From positions 9,412 through 73,411 of the IMG/VR virus record IMGVR_UViG_3300031853_000025: a DNA stretch of 64,000 nucleotides. One strand, given 5' to 3'. This DNA comes from a virus (Duplodnaviria > Caudoviricetes). Numbering within the stretch: position 1 is the first letter of the stretch; each line of letters begins with the position of its first letter. The position numbers were made by a program, and so were the translations under genes. Below, piece by piece: positions 48,349 through 59,000 of this stretch. Below the pieces are notes generated by a model that worked only from the letters and a program-made list of their open reading frames with translations, did no database searches and had not been told where the DNA came from.

Positions 48349-48570
48349 TTTCTTATCCTAATCTCCTTTGCTAGATTAATATTAAACAGAAACAATTTTC
48401 TCTATATTATATAGAATCAATCATTATCTGCTTATTTAAGCTTTTAATTATTGTTTTTACTTATCTCAATTTCTATGGTTAATTGGTCATTTTTAATTAA
48501 CACTACTTGGCAAGTTAGTTACTTCTAGACTTTACTCTGTAGTAAATGATTAAACGTTAATTTTATACAT

Positions 48571-48963
48571 ATTTTTTATTTTTTGTTTTTGGTTTGTTCA
48601 TTGACTTTGTTTTAGTTTCTTTTACTCTTGTTTGTTTGCCCAGCCTCATTCATCGGGGAAACTACGTTTCCCCAGGCCATTGAGGTGTGGCCTTCCCCTT
48701 CCTTACCCCATCCTAACACTCTAACCCCCCTACCCCCCTTCCTCTCTTCCCTTCCCCAAGCGGACAAAATGCCCCTAGGAACGCGGCCTGACGTTCCTAA
48801 AGACTCCGATTGGTTCTTTCTGGGAAGTTACGCCTCCCTACGCTCACTCGGGAGTGCGATTTAATGGTTCTCAGCTACTACTGACCCAGGCTCTCCACCT
48901 GTTTGGTATGGCCAATAATAGGCGCGTATAACTGTGCCAGCTATACTATTTTACTTCATAGTT
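48571..48963 (-). other. non-coding GC-rich structured island with G-tracts and a flanking T-rich stretch (candidate origin or ncRNA)
   Basis: 134/240 GC in 48661-48900; hairpins at 48655-48673, 48675-48692, 48776-48799 and 48841-48858; C6-TA-C6 at 48725-48738; 47/68 T in 48571-48638. Confidence 0.55.
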
Positions 48964-49000
48964 GTATACGTAATATTTTATTAATTTTTTACAAAAAATA

Positions 49001-49028
49001 TACAGGCTGAAAATTAATTCAGCCTGTA
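49001..49028. terminator. terminator hairpin closing cassette C
   Basis: TACAGGCTGAA/TTCAGCCTGTA. Confidence 0.75.
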
Positions 49029-49041
49029 ATAAGAATTCAGT

Positions 49042-49327
49042 TTAGTCAGCAAGCTTTAGCAGGTCTTGTACACCATAGACCATGCGACAAAGCTTTTCAT
49101 CGAATTCACGTCCTTTACGATAGAAAACATATGTATCTACGTCGTTCGTCCAAGTGCGGCTATGACATTTGCCGACTTCTCTGAATCCATAGAGCCATAA
49201 CGATGCTGCGTCTTCTTCCATCAATTCTACCGTTACTTCGTCCTTGGTTACAGTTATAGCTACAGTGGAATTGATATTGTCAGTAGCATAAACTTAATAA
49301 ATTAATAAACTTTTCAAAATCTTTCAT
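49042..49327 (-). pseudogene. early-cassette gene C with a 1-nt frameshift (94 aa if corrected)
   Basis: RBS-preceded ATG 49327 stops after 15 codons (TGA 49280-49282); removing one base from the run at 49290-49292 joins it to the open frame ending at 49042. Confidence 0.6.
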
Positions 49328-49405
49328 AATTAAACTTCCTTTCTGGGATCATAGACCCAATGCAAATATTGGTGAGCAAATTACTCATTCACAATTATAA
49401 TATAT
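49328..49405 (-). promoter_or_regulatory. early-type promoter plus structured leader (cassette C)
   Basis: ATATATTATAATTGTGAATG at 49386-49405; TGAG/CTCA hairpin; TTTGCATTGGGTCTATGATCCCAGAAAGGAAG. Confidence 0.75.
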
Positions 49406-49472
49406 AATATAAAAAATTTTTCCCTATGTATGATTATACTAGTAAAGAGCTTATTTACAAAAAATAAAATCA

Positions 49473-49500
49473 GGGGAATTGGATTTTACTCCAATCCCCC
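49473..49500. terminator. terminator closing cassette D
   Basis: GGGGAATTGGA-TTTTAC-TCCAATCCCCC. Confidence 0.7.
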
Positions 49501-49517
49501 AAAATTATTTTTACAAA

Positions 49518-49898
49518 TTATTTAAAGAAGGGAATATGATAAACTGTGTATCTCCCCCATACTTCATCGCCTTCAGTAAATTTTTTAACTTTCACCCCGT
49601 GACGTTTACGCCACTTGGCCGCACGGACTGGATTCTTCACAGAATACACTGCATTGATTACTTCCAGGTTAGACGGAATTCTGACGCTATAGTCGTAATC
49701 GAAACCATTTGCGAACATGCTGTCTGGCCAGATGTAGCCATTCACATCATCGTCTAATGGCAACAGACTAGTATCGATATCGGCATAGTATTCGTGGTTC
49801 TTGATGCAATTGTACTTGAAGGCATTCAAGATATTAGTTTCTTTTTTAGTAGTCGGAATCAAGATCATGCCATCATTCTTAGTCATCAGTTTTTTCAT
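49518..49898 (-). CDS. small early-cassette protein D (126 aa)
   Basis: AAGGAGA RBS; about 43% GC in the line counted; isolated between terminators. Confidence 0.75.
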   Translation of the reverse strand: MKKLMTKNDGMILIPTTKKETNILNAFKYNCIKNHEYYADIDTSLLPLDDDVNGYIWPDSMFANGFDYDYSVRIPSNLEVINAVYSVKNPVRAAKWRKRHGVKVKKFTEGDEVWGRYTVYHIPFFK

Positions 49899-49979
49899 TT
49901 TAGTTCTCCTTTTCTCTGGTTATATAAACCAGAACCCGTTTTTATGTACACTAATGGTACATTCATAATTATAATATAT
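49899..49979 (-). promoter_or_regulatory. early-type promoter plus two-hairpin leader (cassette D)
   Basis: ATATATTATAATTATGAATG at 49960-49979; ATGTAC/GTACAT and TCTGGTT/AACCAGA hairpins before the RBS. Confidence 0.7.
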
Positions 49980-50010
49980 TTATATGATAGTTTTTGAATG
50001 ATTAAAAATC

Positions 50011-50036
50011 CCCCAATGGAGAATTCTCCATTGGGG
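50011..50036. terminator. perfect 26-nt palindrome / terminator
   Basis: CCCCAATGGAGAA|TTCTCCATTGGGG; shares a 16-nt core with 14740-14769. Confidence 0.8.
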
Positions 50037-50047
50037 TGTTAGTTTTA

Positions 50048-53000
50048 TTATAAAGCAGCTAATTGGTCTAGTGATAGACTCATGTGTTGTTGTTCATAAG
50101 ACATTCCGTTATTAGAAGAGATCATTTGACTTACACCGTTCATCATAGACTGATTACTTGCTGCCATCATTTGACCAATAGAATTAATTGCAGAATTAAT
50201 TGAAGCCTGTTGTTTTTCAACTGCTTCTTTAGACATAGAACCCATATTACCAGTATTAGTAGCAATAGTGGTCAGTAATTGAACTGCAATCTTAAGAAGC
50301 TCGATTACCCCAGCTTGAGATAAATCTGTATTATTAGTTGCACTTGCATCAGTTTGAGGAGTTGGTAAAACTTGATCTAGAATATTAGAAATATCTTTAT
50401 TCCCTCCAGTAACTTTACCGACGATTCCTTGGATAGAACTATTCAAAGCTCCAGAGTTAAATGCAGATTTAAGTGTATCTGAAATAATACCTTTACCGTA
50501 TCTCTTATTAGCAGAGCTAATAGATTTACCCATAGCATTCATAGCTTTATTAGAGGATTTTCCTCCTCTACCAAATCTTAAAGCTAATGGCCCGTGTTTA
50601 CCAGCAGCTTCAGCGTTATCATTAGCGCCTTGTTTACCATCTGTTACAACTTGACCGTTGCCTGAACCAGTAGAAATATAACCCCAAATATTACCGAAGA
50701 AATCTGAGTGTCTACCATGGCTTACTTTATGACCAGATGTCATATTTGACCAGAAGCCACCTTGACCATCTTCGATTACAGCATGGTCTGGTTCATCCAT
50801 GCTACCATCAGTATCAATAATACCAACGTCACCTTCGGCTGCTGGTTGTGAAGCATCTTTCCACATACCAGCTGATTTAGCTTCAGCCATTGCTGTTGGT
50901 ACGTATAGATTAATTGGATTAACTCCAGCATGTTGTAAGTAGTCATTAGCAAAAGCGGTACATCCAGAAGGGCCATACCAATATGGAGGATTTACAGAAT
51001 CTTGTACGTGATCTTTAATCTCTTCAGCCCAAGCCGAAGCTTGCCTAATGCCTTCAGATGTAGCCGTAGAACCTTTCCAAGCACCACCAGATTTACCACC
51101 TTGCTGTTGTTGCTGAGGTGATACTCCGCCTAACATGCTACCGAAAATTTTCGTTGATACATCACTAATTTGTTTAAATGGACCTTCGGAAGTTATTCCG
51201 CCCATAACTTGGTTTAAAGAATTATTCAAGCTGTCAAACGGTTTCATTACAGCATCGAAAATACCATAGCTATTTTGTGGAGCAGAAGCGCCAGATGATG
51301 ACATCCCTGAAGAATTGATTGCCCCAGCTGAATAACCTTGTTCTTTCAAATTCTTTAATACAGAAGTTACACCATTAGTATATTCAGACAAAGGAGCTTC
51401 ATAATAACCAGCATCTTTAAGTATTTGAGCAAAAGCCGCAGGATCGCCAGCTTGTGAAGCAGCAGCCAATTCACTACGATGGCCGCCTTCACCGTCAGCA
51501 TAAGCGATTGTTTTATTTGCCATAAATTCAGCAGCTTCTTCTAGAGAATTATATGTAGCAAAACCATGCGCACCGCCAGCATTACCGTAGTTGTAGCCCG
51601 GCTTGTGTGTTCCAGGTTTAAAATACTCCCAACCAGACTCTTGAATAATCTGAGCTAGGATAAAATCAGATCTAACACCTGTAATTCCAGAAACAATTTC
51701 AGCATATCTAACTAATTCGCAGTTTTCAGCAGTAGGTGTTTCTTCTGTACCTCTGCCCCATCTCAGTACTCTATTATTATAAGAAGTATTTTTATTATTC
51801 TTAGAAAAAGACTTAGCCATTGTAGTTTTGCTAAGTACATTAGAAAGTTTATATCTTTGGTTATCATATCTAGATTCAGGATCTTGAATAGTTACTGTAT
51901 CATTTTTAGCATTATAACCAGTAGCGGTTACATAATGAGGATATTCAGCAAATGGATGCTTATTAGATTCACCATTAGGGTCTTCACCAGATAATACAAC
52001 TGGATGACCTTTTTGCAGTTCTGTTTTTACATTACCTTCAGCTATATCTTTAGCTGATGCATTATATTTACTAGCATAAGAATTAAAGAAACGTGGATCG
52101 GTTCCTGTATCTTTACCTTTGAAACCGCCGTTTAAAGCATAACTTGAAGCTTGAATTACTGGATCATTAGCACCTGATCCACGACCTAATGCTTGAAGTG
52201 CATTAACCGCCGCTACAGGACCACACCCAGAATCACCAATAGTTTGTCTAATTGTGTCTCCAGGAACATTAAACCCTACATTAGCGTATTGAGTTTGTTT
52301 ATAATAACCTCTACCAAATAGACCATGTTTACCTTGGCCTTTAGCATCAGAATCTGAACCGGAAGAAGAATCCGATGAGGAACCTGAATCAGAAGAAGAT
52401 TTATCTGAACCATGCTCCTTTTTATAATCTTCAGAGCTTGTTGCAGCTTGGCCGACTGCAACTACAGCACCTATACCGCTGTTGTTGTTCCATGCGTCAG
52501 CTACATTACCTGCTCTAGCACTAACTTCATCTTTAACTTCACCTAAAGTTTGTTTAGCACTTTCATATTTATTTTTTACAAAACTGACTGCTCTATCTTT
52601 AAGATTAGAAGCTGTAGAAGCCACAGATTGATAAGCTTGTTTAAACCAATTCATTCCATTTTCGGCAAGCCATTTAGCATTATTTTTAGCCCAATTCTTT
52701 GCAGCTGTAGCTTTATCACCCACGTATTTGTAGATGTTTTTAGCCGCTTGATTCATCTTAGTTAAAGTATCTTTACCGAAAGAAATTAAAGTTTCGCCAG
52801 TGTCTTTTACAGACTCTAGTAATCCCTTTTCATACATAGCATTGTATTCTTCAACATCTGCTACAGTGTCAGGAGCACCTTTAGGGTGAGATTCTTTATC
52901 TGCATTATAATCATCGACAGCTTCTTGAGCACGAGCTTGTGCTTGAGAAAGATCAAGACCTAAAATAGAAGCTAATGTTTTAAATACCCATTTAACTGGG

Positions 53001-56000
53001 ATAACGCTGAAAAGCAAAGTAGAAATAGCACCAGCTAATACAGAAACATATTTTACATCATCGCCAAGGTCTTCGTTATAAAGTACATCAGCGTTGTTGT
53101 ACCATCTTCTCCAACCTTCGTTATAGATATTATCAAAAGCAGATACAAGATTTACTATAGCTACAGGGATAGCTCCGACACCTGTCATAGCTACACCGAT
53201 TTGAGCTGCGATTTTAGTCATATATTTAGAACCATTTTTTACAAGACTAGCAATAAATTCGTTAGATAATTTTTGCACCATTGATGCCGGTAGTTTCTTA
53301 CTAAGCCCAGGCATTAATGTCTTAACTTTATCAATACCAGCTGTAAGTAAGTTCTTTAAGTAGATTAATGCCTTATCAGACATTCCTTTGACTTTGCCTT
53401 TAGTTTTACTAGCTGCATTAGAAATAGACTCAGTAATTGGAGTGATTTTATTCATAGCTTTAGTCTTAATATCATTCATCTTTTGAGTAAATTTACTAAA
53501 GGCAGATGTTCCTTCAGGTTTAGTATTCCTAGCATCTTCAGCGATAGAACCAGCTTCTTCACTTAAGCTTACATCCGATGTATCTTTCTTAAAGAAATCA
53601 GAAACGCTATATTTAATATCAAGAATCGTATTTAGCGTATCCATGAAATCTCCACTAGAGTTGTCTTGATCACCATCATTAATTGCCTTACCATTCTCAT
53701 CTATTAATTCAAGTTCGCCATCTTCATTTGCAGCATACATCTGGCCTGGTTGAATACCACCAGATGCCTCAGCGGTTTCAGCGGATGATTCAGACATAAA
53801 TGGAAGAACTAACCCAGCAGCTGTAGCGACACCAGATAAGATACTACCCCATTTACCTTTGGAACCAGATTTACCACCAGTTTCCGCAGCAACAGTAGCT
53901 TTAGTTTCAGTAGCAGCAGTACTAGCGTTTTCACTCATCTTTGCTGCTTTATTTTTTTGCTTAGAGCGTTTATTCTTACCTTTACCTTTTTTACCCTTTT
54001 TATTAGATTCAGTTGTCTCAGTATTTTTAGTAGTTGTTTCTTTACCTTTATTGCGATTTTTAAATCTGTCATATAACATACCGCCACCTTTAGATAATAC
54101 CATACCAGGTAAACCACCTAGCATTTTATTACCAATAAAAGCACCAGCAACAATCTGTAGTAAACCAGTAGCAAAGTCACCATTTTTAAAAGAATCAGCG
54201 ATACTATCGAAGATCATACCGACTGCTTCTTTACCTATTTCGACAATGCCTTTGAATACTTCTTTACCAGCATCAATAATAGCGTCTTTATTATCTTTTA
54301 AGAATTGAGTAATAATTGGCAATGCTTTAATAATTAATGGCCCAGCAATAGCAGCAAGAGCACCGCCTTTAAGAATAGAGAATAATGCACCTGATTTACC
54401 CATAAGAGAATCAGCTAAGTTGTGTAAGAATCCTCCTTCTTCTTTCTTTTCTTTCTTACCGCCTAGACCAACAAAACCTTTAAGTTTATCACCAATAGAA
54501 GCAAACCAACCTTGCTGCTTCTTATCTTCAGCGTCTTTAGCACGTTTCTTATCTGCATTAGCTTCAGAACCTACGAGGACTTTACTACCATCGGTAGCCG
54601 TCTTCCAAATATTACCTTCTGCGTCTGTTGTAGTCGTGCTTACATTATTTTTAGCTTTATCTTTTTCTTTGTTTTCAGATTCAGCTTTACTATCATTTTT
54701 AACATTAGTCAATGTATTCTGAGGAACATCACCAGTTTCACTAGTTCCTAGAATTGCAAAAGCTGTTGGGTCAAATCCAAATTTCTTAGCAATCATAGAA
54801 CCAATAGACTGTGTAACACCATAAACTTTCTTAAGGTATACTAGTTTATCTTCGTCAATCTTTTTAGATGCTTCAATAGCTTTCTCTGCTTCATTTTTAA
54901 CATTCGTCAATGTATTCTGAGGAACGTCACCAGTCTCACTATTATCAAGAATTGAAAAAGCTGCTGGATCAAATCCAAATTTCTTAGCAATCATAGAGCC
55001 AATAGATTGTGTAACACCATAAACTTTCTTAAGGTATACTAGTTTATCTTCTTCGATCTTTTTAGATGCTTCAATAGCTTTTTCAGCTTCATCTTTATAT
55101 GCTGTAGATTCTTTAGCAATTCTATCTTTATGAACAGCGTTTAGAGCATTATTAATGTCTCTTCCATTCGTAAAGTCGTATCCTTTGCCTCCGAATTTAT
55201 TCATTAATTCAGTTCTATATTGATCTTGTAATTTAGAATCTTCTTGAGCTGCTTTACGTGCAGTTTCAATTTTCTTACCATAATCTGTAAGAACTTTAAC
55301 AAGAGCTTCTTTTTCTTTTACACTAAGATTCTTATCTTTAGCAATATTATCAGCTTCTTCAGCAATCTGTTCAGGAGTAAGGTCTTCATTTTCAAAACGT
55401 TTCCGTAAGCGTTTAATCAAATCATTTTCTTTACCTCTAAAGTATCTAGACATCTGTGTGCTGAAATCTTGTCTAGCATTACGATAAGCTTTCTTAGCTC
55501 CAGACTTACCTTGGAGAACTAATAATTTAGCTTCAAGTTCTTCAGCTTCTTTAGCATCCATACCAGCTAAGTCTTGGTCAAATCCCATTGTCTTATAAGT
55601 TCTACCCATGGATGCAGCATCCATAAGACGTTCAGTTGAAATAGTATTACCAATAGCTCCACGACCATATTGATTTAGTTTAACTTTATCAGCAAGATTA
55701 CTAGTAAATTTACCTACAGCCCTTACAGCATTAAGAGGATATGACGCGCCTTTAAGAAGAGTCTTACCTACAGAAGACAGACCTTTAGTAATAGGACTTA
55801 TAATTTTTTCATTAATAACTTTATAAAGTGGGACACCTACGGTTTTTTCAAATGCCCAGCTAATACCTTCTTTAATATAGTAAGTTAAATTCTTACCTTG
55901 ATGCATAAGTTCTCTTCCGATAACAGAAGTCCATTTTGAAATTGGAGTAATAAAAGATTCTTTAAACCATTTATAAGCCGTTGAAGTCATAAACTTACCA

Positions 56001-59000
56001 AACTTAATCATTGGATTAACAAAGTTATCTTTTAATACACCAACTAAACCACCATGACGAGACTTACCTTCAGGGTCACGAGGATCTTTATAGCCAAGAA
56101 TCAAGTTCTTAAAAGTTTCTGATGTCCCAACCATTCCGACACCAGTGCCTAGAATCATATTTGGAAGCAATCCACCAAATGGGCCAAAAGCTATTGTACC
56201 AAGAACAGATGCTCCAATACCTGGAATATTCTTTTTAAAGTGATCTTGAACTTTCTTTGAAATTAAACCTTCCTTGTGGAATTTTTTAACACTGCCATCG
56301 TCATTAGTGATAGTAAAGTCTTTACCGAATAAAGATTCTTGCAAAGATTTACTATTCTTAGCCATTACAGCGCCACTGCCGATTACAGCCATACCAAGTG
56401 GGCCTGTGCCTAGAAGTAATCCACTAGCTACAGCTGATGGTAAGCCAATCTTCATTAAATCTGGAGCGTATTTATGAATTGTATCTTGTAAGCTTTTTGG
56501 AATTACTCCGCCAGTACGTTTTTCGTTTTCATCTTTCTTACCAAGCAATAAATCTTTAGCTGACTCAGAATCACGTAAAATATTAACTACACCGCCAGCT
56601 AGAGCACCGGCCATAATACCTAGTGGGCCAGCTAAAATGCCGCCAACTAAAGCACCTGCACCGCCACCCATGACTCCTCTAGCAGTTAATTTAGATTTAT
56701 CTTTTGAAACTTCTTCAAGGTCATTACCAATACCTTCATCTTTACTCTTAACGAATTCTACAAGATTATTGAACCAGCTACTAACTTTATCTTTAACTTT
56801 TTCACCAGCAGCTTGTCCTAAAGATTTATTATTTTCTTTATTTAAAATCTTTAGTGCTTTCATAGCTTGATTAAATTGTACAAAGTTGAATTTGCCTTTG
56901 CCAGCACCAGCTAATGGGTCAAATGAAGTTGTACCATCGGCATGAGAATAAATCTTTTTAAGGAAGTTATCTTTAATAGCTTTTTCTCTTCGTCTATCAT
57001 CATTTCTATCAGCTTTATCTACATCTGGGTTAAACGGATTTAGATCTGCTGGAATAATCATTTCACCTTTAGAGATAGTGGTTATTCCATCAGCTGGTAC
57101 AGATAAAGAACCATTGTAATTGTTGTCCAAATTTTCTTCGGGGGGTTTACCTTGTGATGTATCAGTTGTTTTTTGAGTTTTGTCATCTTTTTGCTCATCT
57201 TCTGGTTTATTTCCATTTAATTTATTTTTAACAGCAGCTACTGCACTGTCAGCTGTACTTGTAGCAGCATCAACAGCATTTTTTCCAGCATTTGTAATTT
57301 TATCTCCAACGCTTCTAGCATCACTCTTGATAGCTTCCTTAGTATCAGAAAAGAAGGTTTTACCAAAAAATGCACTAGCAAAGTCATTAGCTGTACCCTT
57401 AATCCAATTCCAAGCTGGCTTAAATACTTTTGTAGTTAAATAATTTTTGACACTGGTAAATGTTTCAGTTACCTTGTAACCAAGAAGATCAAAGAAACCT
57501 GAGATTTCTTTGCCGTCTTTATCTTTGAATTTATGCTCAAAGAATAGATTATATAAACCACGATCTGCAATAGATAAAGAACCAGCAATAAAGTTTCTTG
57601 GTTCTTTAACAATCATTTCTGCTAAATCAAGAATAGCATCTACTTTTTCAGTTTTAAATTTCTTACCAATATTACGAAGTTTTTCTTCATTGGCGTCTTT
57701 CCTAGTAGACATATCTTTCGATGCATCATACTCAACGTCATCGTATTTATCTTTTTCGATAACTTTATCTGGATTATTCTTTGCGGCTTCAGCTGCTTCT
57801 TGATCTCGTTTTTCTTTTTCTGCTCTAGCTTTCTCAAGATAATTTTCTGGGAGTTTAAAATCGCCACCGTCTAAGTTTTGTTTTTTAGCATCTCGTGGAA
57901 GATCGCCGCCGATTGCTGAACCGTATCTACGAATAACATTTAATTCTTCATAAATATGCTGTAAATAATCAAGCTGGTCAAACCCATACTCATCTGTGGT
58001 TCTTCCAAAGATCGAAGGCCCACCTTTAGAGTTCTTACCACCTGCTGTAGTACTTTTAAACATTTTGTTGCTTTTATTAAATAGAATAGACCGAATGTCA
58101 TCACCATTTAATTCAGCTCTTTTAAGATCTTTAGTGATAGTGTTTTTAGCACTTAAAGTATCATTAGCAATATTACGTTTATCAATCTTACTAGAGATTT
58201 GAGAATAAATTTTCTTGCCTTCTTCAGAAAGCATATTATTTTGCTCAAATCCAGATAATGTATCATGAGCATATGCATACTCTTTAATAGCATCATTTAC
58301 AGACTTTTTAAGCGTATCATCTACATTTTCTAATGAGGCTAATGCATTCTTTACAGATTCCTCTAGTGTTGAAGTAGCATATTTTTTAGAATCTTCTAAT
58401 CTTTTATTAAAGTCTTCTTTAACTTTAGAACGTTTAGTCCATTTACCAGCATCGAAATCAAAATAAACAGGCTCTTCTCCTGTTAATGCAGAAGTAATCT
58501 GACTCAAATATGTCGGAATAACTTCAAGAATAGATTTACGTGTCTTACCATCAAATGGTACAGCGCCTTTTTCGTATTTACTTGTATCTATTGATGTCTT
58601 TTTATTGGTTCTTAGACCAAAAATTTTACTCATGGTAGATGCAAATAAATTATCTGAGTTATCACTTTTGAGATTCAGTTCAGCAATAAGATTACTAAAA
58701 ATACCTCCAAAGGTTTTATCTAATGATCTGTGAGCTCTTTTAACGTCATCACCCAAGGCAGATGATACCGCCATTGTAATTAATCCGCTTAAGGGATTAG
58801 CAAACATGGCTTTAAGTTGCTGAGGATCCATGTCAATGACACTAGAAATACCTGGAAGAATATCATCAATATTATTTTTAAAATTCTTCTTTATAGCTTC
58901 ACCATACTCTAGTAAGTTTGGTAAGCCATTTGCATCAAGAATATCATAGAATGAAGTATGTTCTTTAGGATTCCTACGTTTATTATTGCGATCACGAATA

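Noticed and set aside
48628-48864. 78-aa plus-strand ORF in the GC island
   Set aside because: Pro/Ser/Leu-rich by-product of the C-tract, TTG start without an RBS, antisense to all neighbours.
48628-48960. tRNA, tmRNA or RNase P RNA
   Set aside because: No cloverleaf, TTCGA arm or other diagnostic motif recognised on either strand; no tRNA was seen anywhere in the window.
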